From the NCBI GenBank assembly GCA_044892525.1, contig CM097885.1, forward strand, positions 10,728,001 to 10,792,000: a DNA stretch of 64,000 nt. The letters run 5' to 3'. Position numbers and translations under genes: made by a program. The DNA comes from Schmidtea polychroa (Eukaryota). The notes under the pieces were generated by a model. The model was not told the DNA's origin and searched no databases. It saw nothing but the letters and a program-made list of their open reading frames with translations. This document shows positions 12,501-24,543 of this stretch, piece by piece. Each line of letters begins with the position of its first letter. The first letter of the stretch is position 1.

Positions 12501-14822
12501 TGGAAAGCAGATCAGACAGCAAATTGATGTGATTGAATCAAAATGTCAACAGCAAATTGATGAGATGAAAGAGAAATGCGAGCAGCGGCTGCAACAGGAG
12601 AATGAAAAGGTGATTTATTGATTATTTGAAATGTTTGAATTTGAGATTCAGTTGCAGCTTGAAATGGCGAAACGCGTCAATGAAATTCGGCATAATGAAA
12701 CAAAATTAGCAAATAAAAAATATATAAATGACGGATTTTTTGAATGGGAAATCGATAAATTTTCACAAAAAAAGATATATGAAAATATTTACAGCGAGGC
12801 ATTTTATTCCGGGCCAATCGGTTACAAAATGTGCTTGTGGGTGAGCATTGGGGATGATTGGGTTTGGGCTGGTTTCTGTTTGATGCGTGGGGCAAATGAT
12901 GAGCAATTGGATTGGCCGTTCAATCAATCCGTGACAATCGATGTGATCGATCCAGCAAATGGCAGCATTTATATGAGAGAGTCAAGGAAATATTCAGATT
13001 GCCCTCTTTATGATGCCGGATGGAGGAAACCGTCAAATGACAGAAATAATCCAATTGAGATTTATATTGGTGATCGCTCAACCTATAAATTAGCAACCAA
13101 AAGTGATAAATTGCTGCTCAGGTGCAGAATTGAAAAATTATGAAAAATTATAAAAACATTTCAATAAAAAATTGATTTATTTTGGCTTTTGATCAGTTTT
13201 ATTATTTGCCTTGTGCTGGTGGATCAATTTGTCTGGATCAGTTATTGATGCATTTGCCCAATTATAAACTGATTGCAACATTATTGATGATGTGGATCAG
13301 CTGTAACCGCATTTAATGCTGATTGGATCAAATCGGATCAGCAATTAATGAGCTTTGTGCAGATCCATTTATTGATCTGTTTTGAATCAATTTTATTGTT
13401 GCTCGTGATTTTGAATTGAAATATTTTGAAATTTTTACTTTTTCATTTTATATTCAAAATATTTATTTTCTATTTTGAAACATTTTTAATTTTTATTTTC
13501 TTTCCGATAAGTGAAATTTTTGCATTTTAATTTCCCTTCAATTGTTACGCTGCTTTGTTTACAAATTCAGATTTCAATTGCTATTTTATATTTCTCAACC
13601 AATTTCCCTCAAATATCAATAATATCGGAATTGCCGCCACCAATAAATGAGAAAATCAATGAAAATTAGCATTATATTGATATGAAATTGAATTATTTAT
13701 TGAACAGCTGTCATTATGAGCATGCAACACACATCATCAGGGATCTCACAATTGCTGTCATTATCTGATCTATTATATCAATGCGGATCAGATATTATGG
13801 CAGCCATGTTAGATTTCTATCAGATCATTTATTTGAATTTATTATAATAATATTGCAACTGAGCATTTCTTATAATTGAAGGTGAAAATGCATTTGATAG
13901 AATCCCTTGAGGCCAGCCATATTATCATTATCATTATCGATAAATACAATTCCATAGTTATGTTGCTAGGTTCAAGGCAGCAACCAAATTTACACCTTTA
14001 GGAGTTCCTTGAAATCTTCATCACATTCCCAACAATAATATCCATGGAAACATTGAACATTTCAACATCAACACGTTTTCTAGAGTCACAAAGTCTCTCA
14101 TTTTACTGAGTTTATCCAATATTTGAACGCTTTCATTTTAAATTTCTTTATGTTTGTCTGTTGTTCAAAATAAATGTTTTTTTTGTATTGATTATTTTTA
14201 TATTTATTCAATTTTTTTAAAATTTTTTAATAAATATTTGTTAATTTCTTTTAATTAAATATGAAATAAATGCAATTTTGGCAACATTTATGTGGCACTA
14301 ATAAAATATTTATTTTACACCATTTCCAAATAAGATCTGTTATAAGCTGTAAATTTCTACGTGATATTCATTTGACTGTCACTCTTTCATTTTGCTTTTC
14401 TTTATGTTTGTTTATTGTTTGTGAATTTTAGAAATTTTTTTTTAATCTCAAAACTCATGATATTTGGCTTTTTGTGAGACCCCCTTCAAAAATTTTGTTT
14501 CTAACTGTGAATATCGATGTGAATGGTGTCAGTGTGAAGCAATAAATTGACCTGCGGGATTTGGTTTGAAAGCCATTTTACATGCTTGAAAAAAATAATT
14601 TTTTTTTAAATTAAATTTTTAAATTAATATTTATTTATTTAGATTTATTTTTTTTTTCGTTTTATATTTAGTACATATTATTTTATTGTTTTCCAAATCT
14701 ATTTATTTATAATTACTATTTATATTTAAATTATTATTTATATTTTTTATTGAACCAATAATTTTCTTAAAAATACAATGATAAAAATTATATTGACGAT
14801 AAATAAAGAACATGGATAATTA
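9581..14822 (+). repeat. Segmental duplication copy 1 (~5.2 kb, contains TRAF gene)
   Basis: Colinear and highly similar to 46836-54038 once the 2-kb insert in that copy is removed. Confidence 0.95.
11683..13143 (+). CDS. TRAF: TRAF-family protein (RING, TRAF zinc finger, coiled coil, MATH), copy 1; intron 2 donor damaged
   Basis: Exons 11683-12279, 12326-12464, 12511-12609, 12652-13143. RING CRICKCLMIKACQAPCGCRFCSDC, ZnF CPMQNC...H...C and CPFNRIGC...H, MATH FEWEIDKFS...YSEAFYSGPIGYKMCL...LMRGANDEQLDWPF. A 6-bp deletion relative to copy 2 removes the phase-0 donor of intron 2. Confidence 0.85.
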
Positions 14823-15201
14823 TATTTAATTTTATATTTATTTACGTTTTTAATGTATTTTTTAAATTTATTAAGTAAATATTATTTTTAAATAATTATT
14901 TATTTATTTTCTATAAAGACCTTCATTGCTATCGAACTAAAAATCTCGTTTAAATTACAATGATAAAAATAACCTATAAAAGCTAAAAATTATCATAATT
15001 TAATTACTATCACTTACTATAATGTAAATTTTATTTACAATAAAAAGACAAATAATAAAATTCCATATAAATATATGATAAATTATGATAAAAATAAACT
15101 GTCAAATGCTGAAATTAACTATAAATATCCCTTGACTTTAAATAAAAATTGCTTAAAAATAATTTACAATAAATAGAGAAATATTTCAATACTTTATTAT
15201 T

Positions 15202-16617
15202 ATAACATTGAAGGGCTTCCTATAGATAAACTCAACATTTGGAAATATTTGTCAAAGTAATAACGAAGCGTGAAATTTAGATTTTCTATGAAATTTTATC
15301 GATTTCCGATATTTCATAAGCTATTGATTTAATGATTTACATTGCTGTTTCAAATGGTTGAAAATGAAATCATTTTTATACATTTTCTGCTTATCCTATT
15401 GGTTCAAAATAAGATTTATTTTATTTACCACATTTTCTATTTACCAAATAAAGCGGCCTTTTCAATAATAAAATGGCATCTCAATTTTTTATAAGTTTTA
15501 GATTGGCTTTGTCTATTTTGACAGCATTTCAGATCTTTTCAGTTTTCTAGATATTTATTTGATGGAAATTTATTTAAATGTTTTAAAATTTTCACATAAA
15601 TTAAGATAGCTATTTAGCAGGAAATATTAAAATAATTTAATTTAATTTAAATAATATTTTTATTCTCATTTTCATATTGAATAAATCTCTATTCTCAAGA
15701 ATTTTTATTTTTTCTCACTAAAATCCGAAATTTATTTTAATTACATAATATTATTGTGTGACAAAATATATTTTATTATTAATTATTTGCAATAGTCATA
15801 ATCAATTATTTTATATTCCTTTAGTCTTTATCTGATTGGTCAAATGAACAAATTTTACATTGGCTGTGCCCAGTAATATTAGTAGAATTGTCGCATTTAT
15901 CTCCTTTTTGAATTTGGATGAATTTCGTGTCTGATTCCTTTCTAACAATAGCCTGAAATACAAAATAAAAATAATAATAAAAATTCAAATATAATAAAAT
16001 CACCTTGATATTTTTATCATCAGCCGATGTTTTATCGAATTCCTCGTCAAGTTTAAATTCAAGTAAATTTTATTTTGAGACTTGAGATGTTCCGAAGGTT
16101 ATAAATGTTTAAAATGTTACTAGTGTGTAATAAGGAGTATGGCCCGTGACATATTTGGCTTGAGGCATCCCTCGAAAATGTTCTGCGGGAGTTCAATTAT
16201 TTTTTTCTTTAAATAAGTGAATTAATTTAAATTTTTGTTTAAATGAAGTGAATTATTTTTTATTTTAATTATTTGTTTTACACTATAGGTGTGAGATGCG
16301 GATAAATCCGAATACTATTGAATAGACGTTATTTTGTACTTCGGGAAAATAGTTTTTTTAATATATACTGAATGTATTATGTTCACTTGGTCATTCTACA
16401 CGTGTTTCAAATTTTCAAATCACAATTATATCTTTAACTTTCATTTTGACGGATAATTGACATATTTCCTGACTTTTTATGAAATTTTATTCGGAGCTTA
16501 AAGTGTTAAATAAATATAAAAAAAATATTAATATTTATTTGATTCTCAAAACTTTTGGTCGAATAATTATGTCAATATGAAAAAGGTTTTTAGGCTGTCT
16601 TTTTGCACAGGAATTTA
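15202..16617 (+). repeat. ~1.4-kb duplicated segment, copy 2
   Basis: Near-identical to 1432-2819, with an extra ~20 bp at ~16450-16470. Confidence 0.95.
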
Positions 16618-16648
16618 TGTCTCGATGAAAAGCCATTCTTCTATTAAG

Positions 16649-16820
16649 AGTGGGAAATCATGTATCCGGTGAGAACAGTTTGGCATATCGAAGCGAAGAC
16701 GAAGTAAAGTATTGGGAATTAAATGGAAATCCAATATTGAGACTGAAAATCTTCCTTATATCCAAGTCATGGTGGAATGAAGAAGAAGATGTGGAATTTC
16801 GACAAAAAGTTTTAAAAGAA
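16649..16820 (+). pseudogene. BCKDHA: Isolated exon of a branched-chain 2-oxoacid dehydrogenase E1-alpha-like gene
   Basis: AG...GT-bounded 172-nt exon encoding VGNHVSGENSLAYRSEDEVKYWELNGNPILRLKIFLISKSWWNEEEDVEFRQKVLKE, colinear with BCKDHA [53 protein letters not shown]. No upstream BCKDHA exons recognised. Confidence 0.8.
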
Positions 16821-17245
16821 GTTAGAAAGATTTAATTCAAATTAATAAAAAATCATTCTCATTAGATGCCTGATATTGCGTTTTTCTTTTCAATCTTCTA
16901 TAAATTATATAAAGAAAATAATCTATCTCACTAAACATCAATCATACACATGCTCAATCTTTCATGGGTTTAGGTGGGGTTAGATATTTCCTCTTTTATC
17001 CCTCAGCGTACTGTAACCCATTTCAGTTAACTTCTAAGTTCTCTCGCTATCCACCGGTTGGTAGTAACTCCCGTCTTACTTAATACGTCTCGTTGTTAAA
17101 GTTATATTGGAATTCAAGTCAAAGTTATACTTATTATCCCACAACGAAACGATTTTATCGAATTCTAGATCATGTTAACTTTAGGCTTAACCCTTAAATG
17201 CATGATTATTTATATTTCCATTTAAAAAATATATTTAGATGCCTC

Positions 17246-17449
17246 AGTAGTGGTGAAATGAGCATTGTAAGCCAACGCACCAACTCACCGCAAAATGCAA
17301 GTATACATACATTTACATCATCGAAATAACCAACAATTTCTATAACATGTTGGTTTAAACTTTAAAGCTTCAAATAATTCAAGATATTGAACTTGTGAAA
17401 CCAGCAAAACGTAGGTGCGCTGCCTTACAGCGCTCATTTCACCGCTACT
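17246..17449. mobile_element. MITE-like element with ~36-bp imperfect TIRs
   Basis: agtagtggtgaaatgagcattgtaagccaacgcacc versus the reverse complement of the right end, agtagcggtgaaatgagcgctgtaaggcagcgcacc. No clear TSD. Confidence 0.7.
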
Positions 17450-17737
17450 ATAGTTTATTAAATTTAAAAATTTTAATCTATTTCTGTATTTACGTATGCA
17501 TGAATATAATTATCGAAATATTAACGCATAGAATTATTTAATTAACTATAAATAATCTAATCAACAATTTCATAACATGTTAGTTGAATATTCAAATTTA
17601 AAAAATATTCAAATTAAAAAAAATATTCTAATTAAAAAAAATTAAAAATTATAAAAATTGAAAATATTAAAAAAATAGAATTTATAAACCAATGAAATTT
17701 GTTTATTTTTAATATTTTTAATATTTTAATCTATAAA

Positions 17738-17860
17738 ATGTGATGCAAATATTTCTGTGAAACATGTAACAAAAACATTTCCAAATCTCATAAAGCAAAA
17801 CATGAAAGAACTAAAATAGGAGGTGACCTAAACTTCCAGAATTATTTAAGATTTTTATAA
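17738..17860 (+). pseudogene. N-terminal remnant of Polinton zinc-finger/PLA2 gene (element A)
   Basis: M*CKYFCETCNKNISKSHKAKHERTKIGGDL is homologous to the N-terminus of ORF 58980..59690 (MSKYWTCESCNCQVTRHHKASHLKTKKH...ITGGDL). It is convergent with pPolB, as in element C. Confidence 0.65.
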
Positions 17861-18383
17861 AAATATATTTAACAATGACGAATTCTAACGTTATTTACAA
17901 GTTTAATCTTATTATTTCCATAAGGTAATGTTGTAATTCCATTATTTAAAATATATCTCTTATCATCATAATTATTCAAACCTTTACGTGTTTCTTATCT
18001 TAACATTATATGGTGTTTATCAGATCTTATTTTCCAATCTTTTACATTAGCTTGAGGTTTTCCTTAAAGACAATCTACAGCTGTATCAAAATTAATATTT
18101 GTTGTAGATTGTTTTGTATAACCTTTCATTTTTTTATGGAGAATATTCGTATTCTTTTCCAAATCTAAAATATCCAAGAAATAATTTTAGATTTTTAACC
18201 ACAAAATCTGGTTATCTTTAAGATATCCCAACTTTGAGTCATGAATATAATCTTTTATTTTATCTATAGATTCATTATTTATCAATTCTAAAATTATTGA
18301 ATCTGTATCCCCAAAATGTATCTTAAAATCTTTTCTATAAGTTTTGTAGAGAACATCATATATAAATTTGTACATTACCAACT

Positions 18384-18708
18384 GAAAGGGTAGAATTCAC
18401 GTTTAAGTTAAAACTGAATATTGCTAATAAACATTTAAATTGTATTTGTCAGATTACATAAATTTTTATATAAATATTTAAATTAATAAATTAAAGTAAG
18501 TTTAAAATATAAAAATAAATTAAAATATATTAAATATTAAAATAAATTAAACCAGCATTGAAATCAGCATCAAAATTAAAATATTAAAAAAGCCTCGAAC
18601 AGATTGTTTGAATATTACAAAAAAGCGCAGTTTTGTGAATAAAATAAATTTAGTAATTTTATTTGGTTAATTTATTAATTATGAAGATTGAACATGAATT
18701 CGACGTTG
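18384..18708. mobile_element. ~325-bp AT-rich insertion in pPolB-A
   Basis: Interrupts ELS(K)/LVMYKFIY. Weak terminal inverted similarity (gaattcacgtt / aacatgaattc). Confidence 0.55.
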
Positions 18709-20109
18709 TTGATAATTCTAAAATTATAAACCCTACATAATTAAATTTATCAAATTTTATAAAACTCTTTTTAAAATGAACTGCAGCAAAATGCTCTGAA
18801 AATATTTTAATTCTTTTAAATCCAGTCTTTGCAGACAAAACAAGAAACCTCTCTTTATTATTTACAATTTCAATATTCTGACCGTTTCTAACATTCTCCA
18901 AAGGCTTGCCATAAAATGAATTATTTAATAATTTATAAAAGAACTCTCCAAATTTATCTTGTTTCCTTTTAGCCTTAAATCTCTTTTTTATATTAAACTC
19001 TATATAAGATTTCAACCATTTTGATTTTTTATACATTAATTTTGAATGAACTTTTTCCAAAATCATTCCATTTTTCAAATGCCAATCCAACATCCTTCCT
19101 TCCACAGCATAATTCTTTTTATCAAGTTGAGTTTGAATTAATTTGTCAGTTGTCTTGTATCTATTCAAATTATTTTTGATTTCCCAAGGAGATAACCATT
19201 GATGGGGTACTTTTATTTTCTCAGGACAAAATGGGAAATGTTTAGTTTTGTCTTTTATACTATTTGGATATTTTAAATCTACTTTGTAAATAAACCCTTC
19301 TACGGAATTCTCTGAAGGTTGCCAACTCAAGTCTCTACACCATTTCATTTCTCCAGCTGGCAACCCTTCAATCATTGCTGTTGGATAGAAAGAATTTGTA
19401 TCAAAATAATATAAATAATTATTTGGTTCAGCATTCAAATTATGTAATCCTAAATTTTTCAAGAATTTAGTTTTTTCATCATTGAATTCATTCTCTGATC
19501 CATATGCTCCAGAGGCTCCTCCTCTCACTCCAATTCCTATAAATAATAATTGATCAAAAGTCTCATGTTTAAAATATTTTAATTTTCCTTTAGTATGTTT
19601 CAATCCTGCCAACCATGTCAATCCTGAAGATGAATAACAATAACATGGATCCATTTCATAATACATCAACCAAGAGACATGCATCATCCATCTTTAAATA
19701 ATTCATGGTGTAATCTTTCATAGTTCTACAATTTAATAATTCCCAAGATCCTTGAGCATAATTATAATCTTGGGTGGAAATATTAGATTGTTTCAAATGT
19801 GAATAGAATTCTCTAATATTTGGTAATTCTTCCTCGCTCATTTTGTCATCAACATCTCTAAACTCCCTCCCAGAAATGTATTCATAAGGATATATCCCTT
19901 TTCTTACTGGAATATTTCTATAATATTCACTATACACTTTACATTCTTCAGGTTTTAAAAGTGAAGCTAAATAGTCTCATCCAAAAGCCATCATTCTATA
20001 CGAGTCTAGAAAACTAAAAACTCCAACATTGAATGATATATAATTTTCATCTCTACTTGTCAAAACCTTTCCAATTTTCGGAGCCAACTCTCTGAATATT
20101 AAATGATTA

Positions 20110-20938
20110 TACCAAACACCACTGAGAACCGTTTCCTATAATATAACAAAAAAATCAATAATCTTACATTATAGAAACATACTTACTTTAATTTCACGTT
20201 GATGTTCTCATTTATAGCTCAGTGAGATACATCTTATATTATAGAAAATTGAAAAGTGGAAGAAAAATAAAAAAACTGCACACAAACTCAACACATACTA
20301 AAAAGCACATTTTGATTCGTAAAAATGTAACGATGAGATACGTTTCTATAATAAACTTTATTTTAAACAATTTTTAGAAAAAAAGATCGTTGAAAATTTT
20401 TAAAATTATATTTTTAATGAAAATATCAAGAGCAGATGAATTTGGTTCAATATCTTTTCAATCTGGATTCGATTTCCTGAAAGAAGCTCCTCATATTAAG
20501 CTCAGAAAAAAAATTACAAAAATTAAAAAAATTATTTTAATCATCGATTTTCCCCAAAATGTTTTGAAAAATACAGTTTTTAGGTGATTGATTTATTTAT
20601 TTCATTAATTATAATTAAATTCCTAAAAAACCCTGAAAATTAATTAAAATAATTTATAATTATACTGTTAATTAAAAGTAATATTTAAGAACTTGAATAG
20701 TGATCTCATATCTCACATGGATCAGAATTCATGTCTTAAAATTTACTTTAAATTAAAAAAATTACTTGAAAGCCATTTGTAAAATGGCTAAAATAAATTT
20801 CCAAACTATATAAATGAGACATGATAAATTGACAAACATGATTTACAATTACAACCAATTACAATTGGTAAATAAATTGGTGAGTGAATTTACACGCCAA
20901 CCACCACTATAGAGAACGTATCTCAGTGGTGTTTGGTG
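20110..20938. mobile_element. Non-autonomous TIR transposon, probably Tc1/mariner-type
   Basis: ~30-bp TIRs accaaacaccactgaga..cgtt..ctata. Removing it restores pPolB GYDNHLIFRELAP. Flanks are TA and CA, consistent with a TA duplication carrying one mutation. Confidence 0.8.
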
Positions 20939-21663
20939 CATCATATCCACTAGCATTATGAAAATAAATTGGGATGAAAGTAATAGTTTTAGCTTGCATG
21001 TTACATGAATTATGAGCCACACCTCTATAATTATTTTCTTGTTTAAAATGATCATGATCCAAAACTTTCGGATTTCTCCAGAGAATTTTTTTTGCAATAA
21101 TAACATCTAGATGCGCTATTATATAATATAGAAACATCATTATGTGTAGAAATATTTATTGGATAATTAGTTTTTAATATTTTCCCTAATTTCTTATTCA
21201 TCTTATTAATAAATTTAGCAAATTATTTAACAGCATGCTCTCCATAATACTTGAAATATTTTGATTCAATCAATTCTGGATAATTACTCTTTAAATATAT
21301 TCCAAAACAAAACCCTCTCCAGTTTCTCCAGTTTCAGTATTGCTCTTATAATCCCAACATTCAAAATCTGCATAACATACAAATGGAACTTTATTCTTGT
21401 AATGATACTCTTTGAAATGTTTATATTCATCATGATGAAAAGTAGCTTTTGCTTCTTTTTGATGTACACATATTACTTGATGAGTTTCTATTGCATTCTT
21501 TGAACGAAATGAACAGAAACAATTTAGACAAGGAAATATATCATGGCTTGAACTATTTCCTAAAAATACACTAACATTTTAACACAAGACATAATGTTGT
21601 TTGTATAATAACAAGTTACAACCTTTCGGATTCAAATGTGATCTAAACAACATTGAAAGTTTT

Positions 21664-22021
21664 GGTACTTCCGCGTTATCTTACCCCGAAAAATTATATT
21701 AAAAAAGAACACATATAATTATTATATTTATTTTCTAAATCACAGTTACAAACTCAGCAAATGTTTGTAAAGAGTTTATAAATGGTCATCCAGGTGGCCA
21801 GAAAACCACAATGTCGTTGAGAATAGTGTCGAACACATCGGCACTGATGCTTAGAACACGTTTGCGCCACATAAACTCACATAATCACATAAATCACAGA
21901 TAGCCTAAATAAATTCATGTTCAATAATGTTCAAAAACGTCATCAATAATTTATTCTCTCATTTTTTATATTGTTATTTTAATTGTATTTTATAATTTAA
22001 TTTTTGGGGGTAAGAAGTACC
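21664..22021 (-). mobile_element. Merlin (ISXO2-like) deletion derivative
   Basis: GG...CC termini, TIR GGTACTTC..CTTACCCC.AAAAATTA, 8-bp TSD aaagtttt/atagtttt. The internal minus strand encodes LCEFMWRKRVLSISADVFDTILNDIVVFWPPG*, a typical Merlin transposase C-terminus. Confidence 0.85.
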
Positions 22022-22314
22022 ATAGTTTTTTCTCATCATTTATTTTAAATACATTGATTAAAATTTCAAGATTTTGTTTTTGGAATTTCTTTATCCCATC
22101 AATTGTAATTGGAAAATCTATCCCATTTAAATTCAATTCATTTTCAAATGGTTTATATTTTCCAACTCTATATGAATGTTCATTTGTAGAGATTGGTCAT
22201 AAAACTGCTAAAATACTCCAAACAAAACATTTGTTGCCATCATTTTGAATATTTAAAATGACATTTGATTTAAATGGAAGTTTTACAAATGTACCCCTTA
22301 TTGGTGATTTGTAT

Positions 22315-22547
22315 CCGATGACTCATTCAAGGTCATATGACTCATCCGATGACTCATTCAAGGCCATATGACTAATCCAATGACTCATTCAAGGTCATAT
22401 GACTCGTCCGATGACTCATTCAAGGTCATTCTCAAGGTCATATGAGTCATGCGATGAATCATGCAAAATTTTTTAAAATTTAAATTCTCAGAGTTCCCGC
22501 CAATGGTTTTTATTATTTAATAGCTCATTCGAAAGGTATTTGAATGG
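22315..22547. repeat. Left TIR remnant of element B with 30-bp minisatellite
   Basis: About 4 units of ccgatgactcattcaaggtcatatgactcat followed by unique TIR sequence inverted at 35004-35110. Confidence 0.9.
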
Positions 22548-22638
22548 TGAGTATTTGAGACCATCGAAGGTCTATGGAGGTTCAATAACCTTCAAAGAGT
22601 TCAATGGTATTGGTTACACTCACCATCTCACAAGGGAA

Positions 22639-22920
<282 letters not shown>

Positions 22921-23041
22921 TTAATATATATACTCCGAGTTTATCCGACAAAATATTCTATCCCCCTATGGGTAATGCTCACAAGGGTACTGCTCACGCT
23001 CAACAACTCGCAAATCAACAAATCAACAAACATACATTTAT

Positions 23042-23392
23042 TTAAACAATAAAATAATGTAAAATTAACAAAGATAAACTAAATATTGATGTACTACTAT
23101 TCGCAGCAATATTGTTTGAAATTGGTAACGTTGAATTGATTTTCAGATATTCTATTGATCCTTTGATTGTTTGAATTTCGCTTAATAATAATTCAATCTT
23201 TTTTAACAAATAATCATGTTTCTTATCAATAATTTTCATATTCTTTTTATTTTCAACAATAGAGTTATTGAAAACTTCAATATGATCAATCAATTTAATT
23301 TTTATATTTTGTATATTTACAAGTGATAGTTCATAGCTGTTTTCTAAATTCTCCAATCTTTGAGATATTCTTTTCCTGGGTGCTTTGACCAT
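23042..23392 (-). CDS. Hypothetical 116-aa coiled-coil protein with hydrophobic C-terminus (element B accessory ORF)
   Basis: ATG start, basic N-terminus (KAPRKR), heptad-like L/I pattern, C-terminal IFSLSLLILHYFIV. Confidence 0.45.
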   Translation of the reverse strand: MVKAPRKRISQRLENLENSYELSLVNIQNIKIKLIDHIEVFNNSIVENKKNMKIIDKKHDYLLKKIELLLSEIQTIKGSIEYLKINSTLPISNNIAANSSTSIFSLSLLILHYFIV

Positions 23393-23523
23393 TTTGGTTT
23401 GTCGTCAAACAAAGGTATACTCTGAGTTTATCCGACAAGATATTTTGTCCCCTTATGGTTATTGCTCACAATAGTATTGGTTACACTCAACATCACATAA
23501 TGGTATTATTATTATTATTATTA

Positions 23524-23627
<104 letters not shown>

Positions 23628-23655
23628 TTTATTGTTATTATTATTATTATTATTA

Positions 23656-23686
<31 letters not shown>

Positions 23687-23988
23687 ATCATTATTATTAT
23701 CATCATTATTATTTAAAAATGTATAAAATTGAAACTATCACTAGTTTTCAAAATACCAATAAAAATGAAAATGAGCATATTAAAAGTAGTTATCATTACT
23801 AATAATAAAAATGTTTAAACTTGAAAATTATCACATGTTTTCAATATAACAATAAAAATGCAAATATAAAAAAATGTTATTATTACGATTATTAAAAATG
23901 ATTAAACTTGAAAACTATCACAAGTTTTTAATACACCAATAAAAATGAACACATGAAGTCTAGTTTTTTTTTAAAAAAAGATATATTT

Positions 23989-24180
23989 TTAATAATATTC
24001 ATCATTATCATTATCAGTTAATAATATATCATCAATATCAACATCTATATCGATACTATCATCGAAATCTGGGTTGAAATCTCCACAAAGCGGTCCAACA
24101 TCATCCAATATTTGATCCTTATCATCGAAATCTTGGCTGAAATCTCCACATAGCTGGTTACAATCAACATATCGCAAGTT
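23989..24180 (-). repeat. Tandem duplicate of the pPolB acidic tail
   Basis: Encodes QLCGDFSQDFDDKDQILDDVGPLCGDFNPDFDDSIDIDVDIDDILLTDNDNDEYY*, a copy of 24544-24740, followed by the same aaacttgaaaactatcac 3' repeats. Confidence 0.85.
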
Positions 24181-24199
24181 TATTTTTATTACTATTATA

Positions 24200-24259
<60 letters not shown>

Positions 24260-24271
24260 AATATTATTATA

Positions 24272-24345
<74 letters not shown>

Positions 24346-24543
24346 CATTATTATTTTTATTAAAAAAATGTTTAAACTTGAAAACTATCACATGTTTTCA
24401 AAATAATAATAAAAATACACATATTAAAATTATTATTACGATTATTAAAAATGATTAAATTTGAAAACTATCCGAAGTTTTTAATACATCAATAAAAAAT
24501 AAAAATGAACACATTAAAATTCTAGTTTTTAAAGAAGATATAT

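Larger units (their letters stand above)
17869..22313 (-). pseudogene. polB: Fragmented protein-primed DNA polymerase B of Polinton element A
   Basis: Motifs in order across broken frames: NIQNDGNKCFVWSILA, DHDHFKQENNYRGVAHNSCN, FHNASGYD, RKGIYPYEY, YLKMD, YFDTNSFYP, KLLNNSFYGK, FGDTDS, KMKG, DKRY...TLPYG. Many frameshifts and three TE insertions. Confidence 0.92.

Noticed and set aside
11544..12895. Minus-strand ORFs over the TRAF gene (and equivalents at 50684-52278)
   Set aside because: Antisense shadows of TRAF exons.
13200..14130. GATC-rich, coding-like sequence downstream of TRAF in both duplicates
   Set aside because: Stops in all frames examined and no family could be identified.
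17246..17449. AGTAG-terminated MITE as a Polinton-derived mini-element
   Set aside because: No 6-bp TSD and no similarity to the Polinton termini beyond 5-6 bases. A Tc1/mariner-type CAGT end fits equally well.
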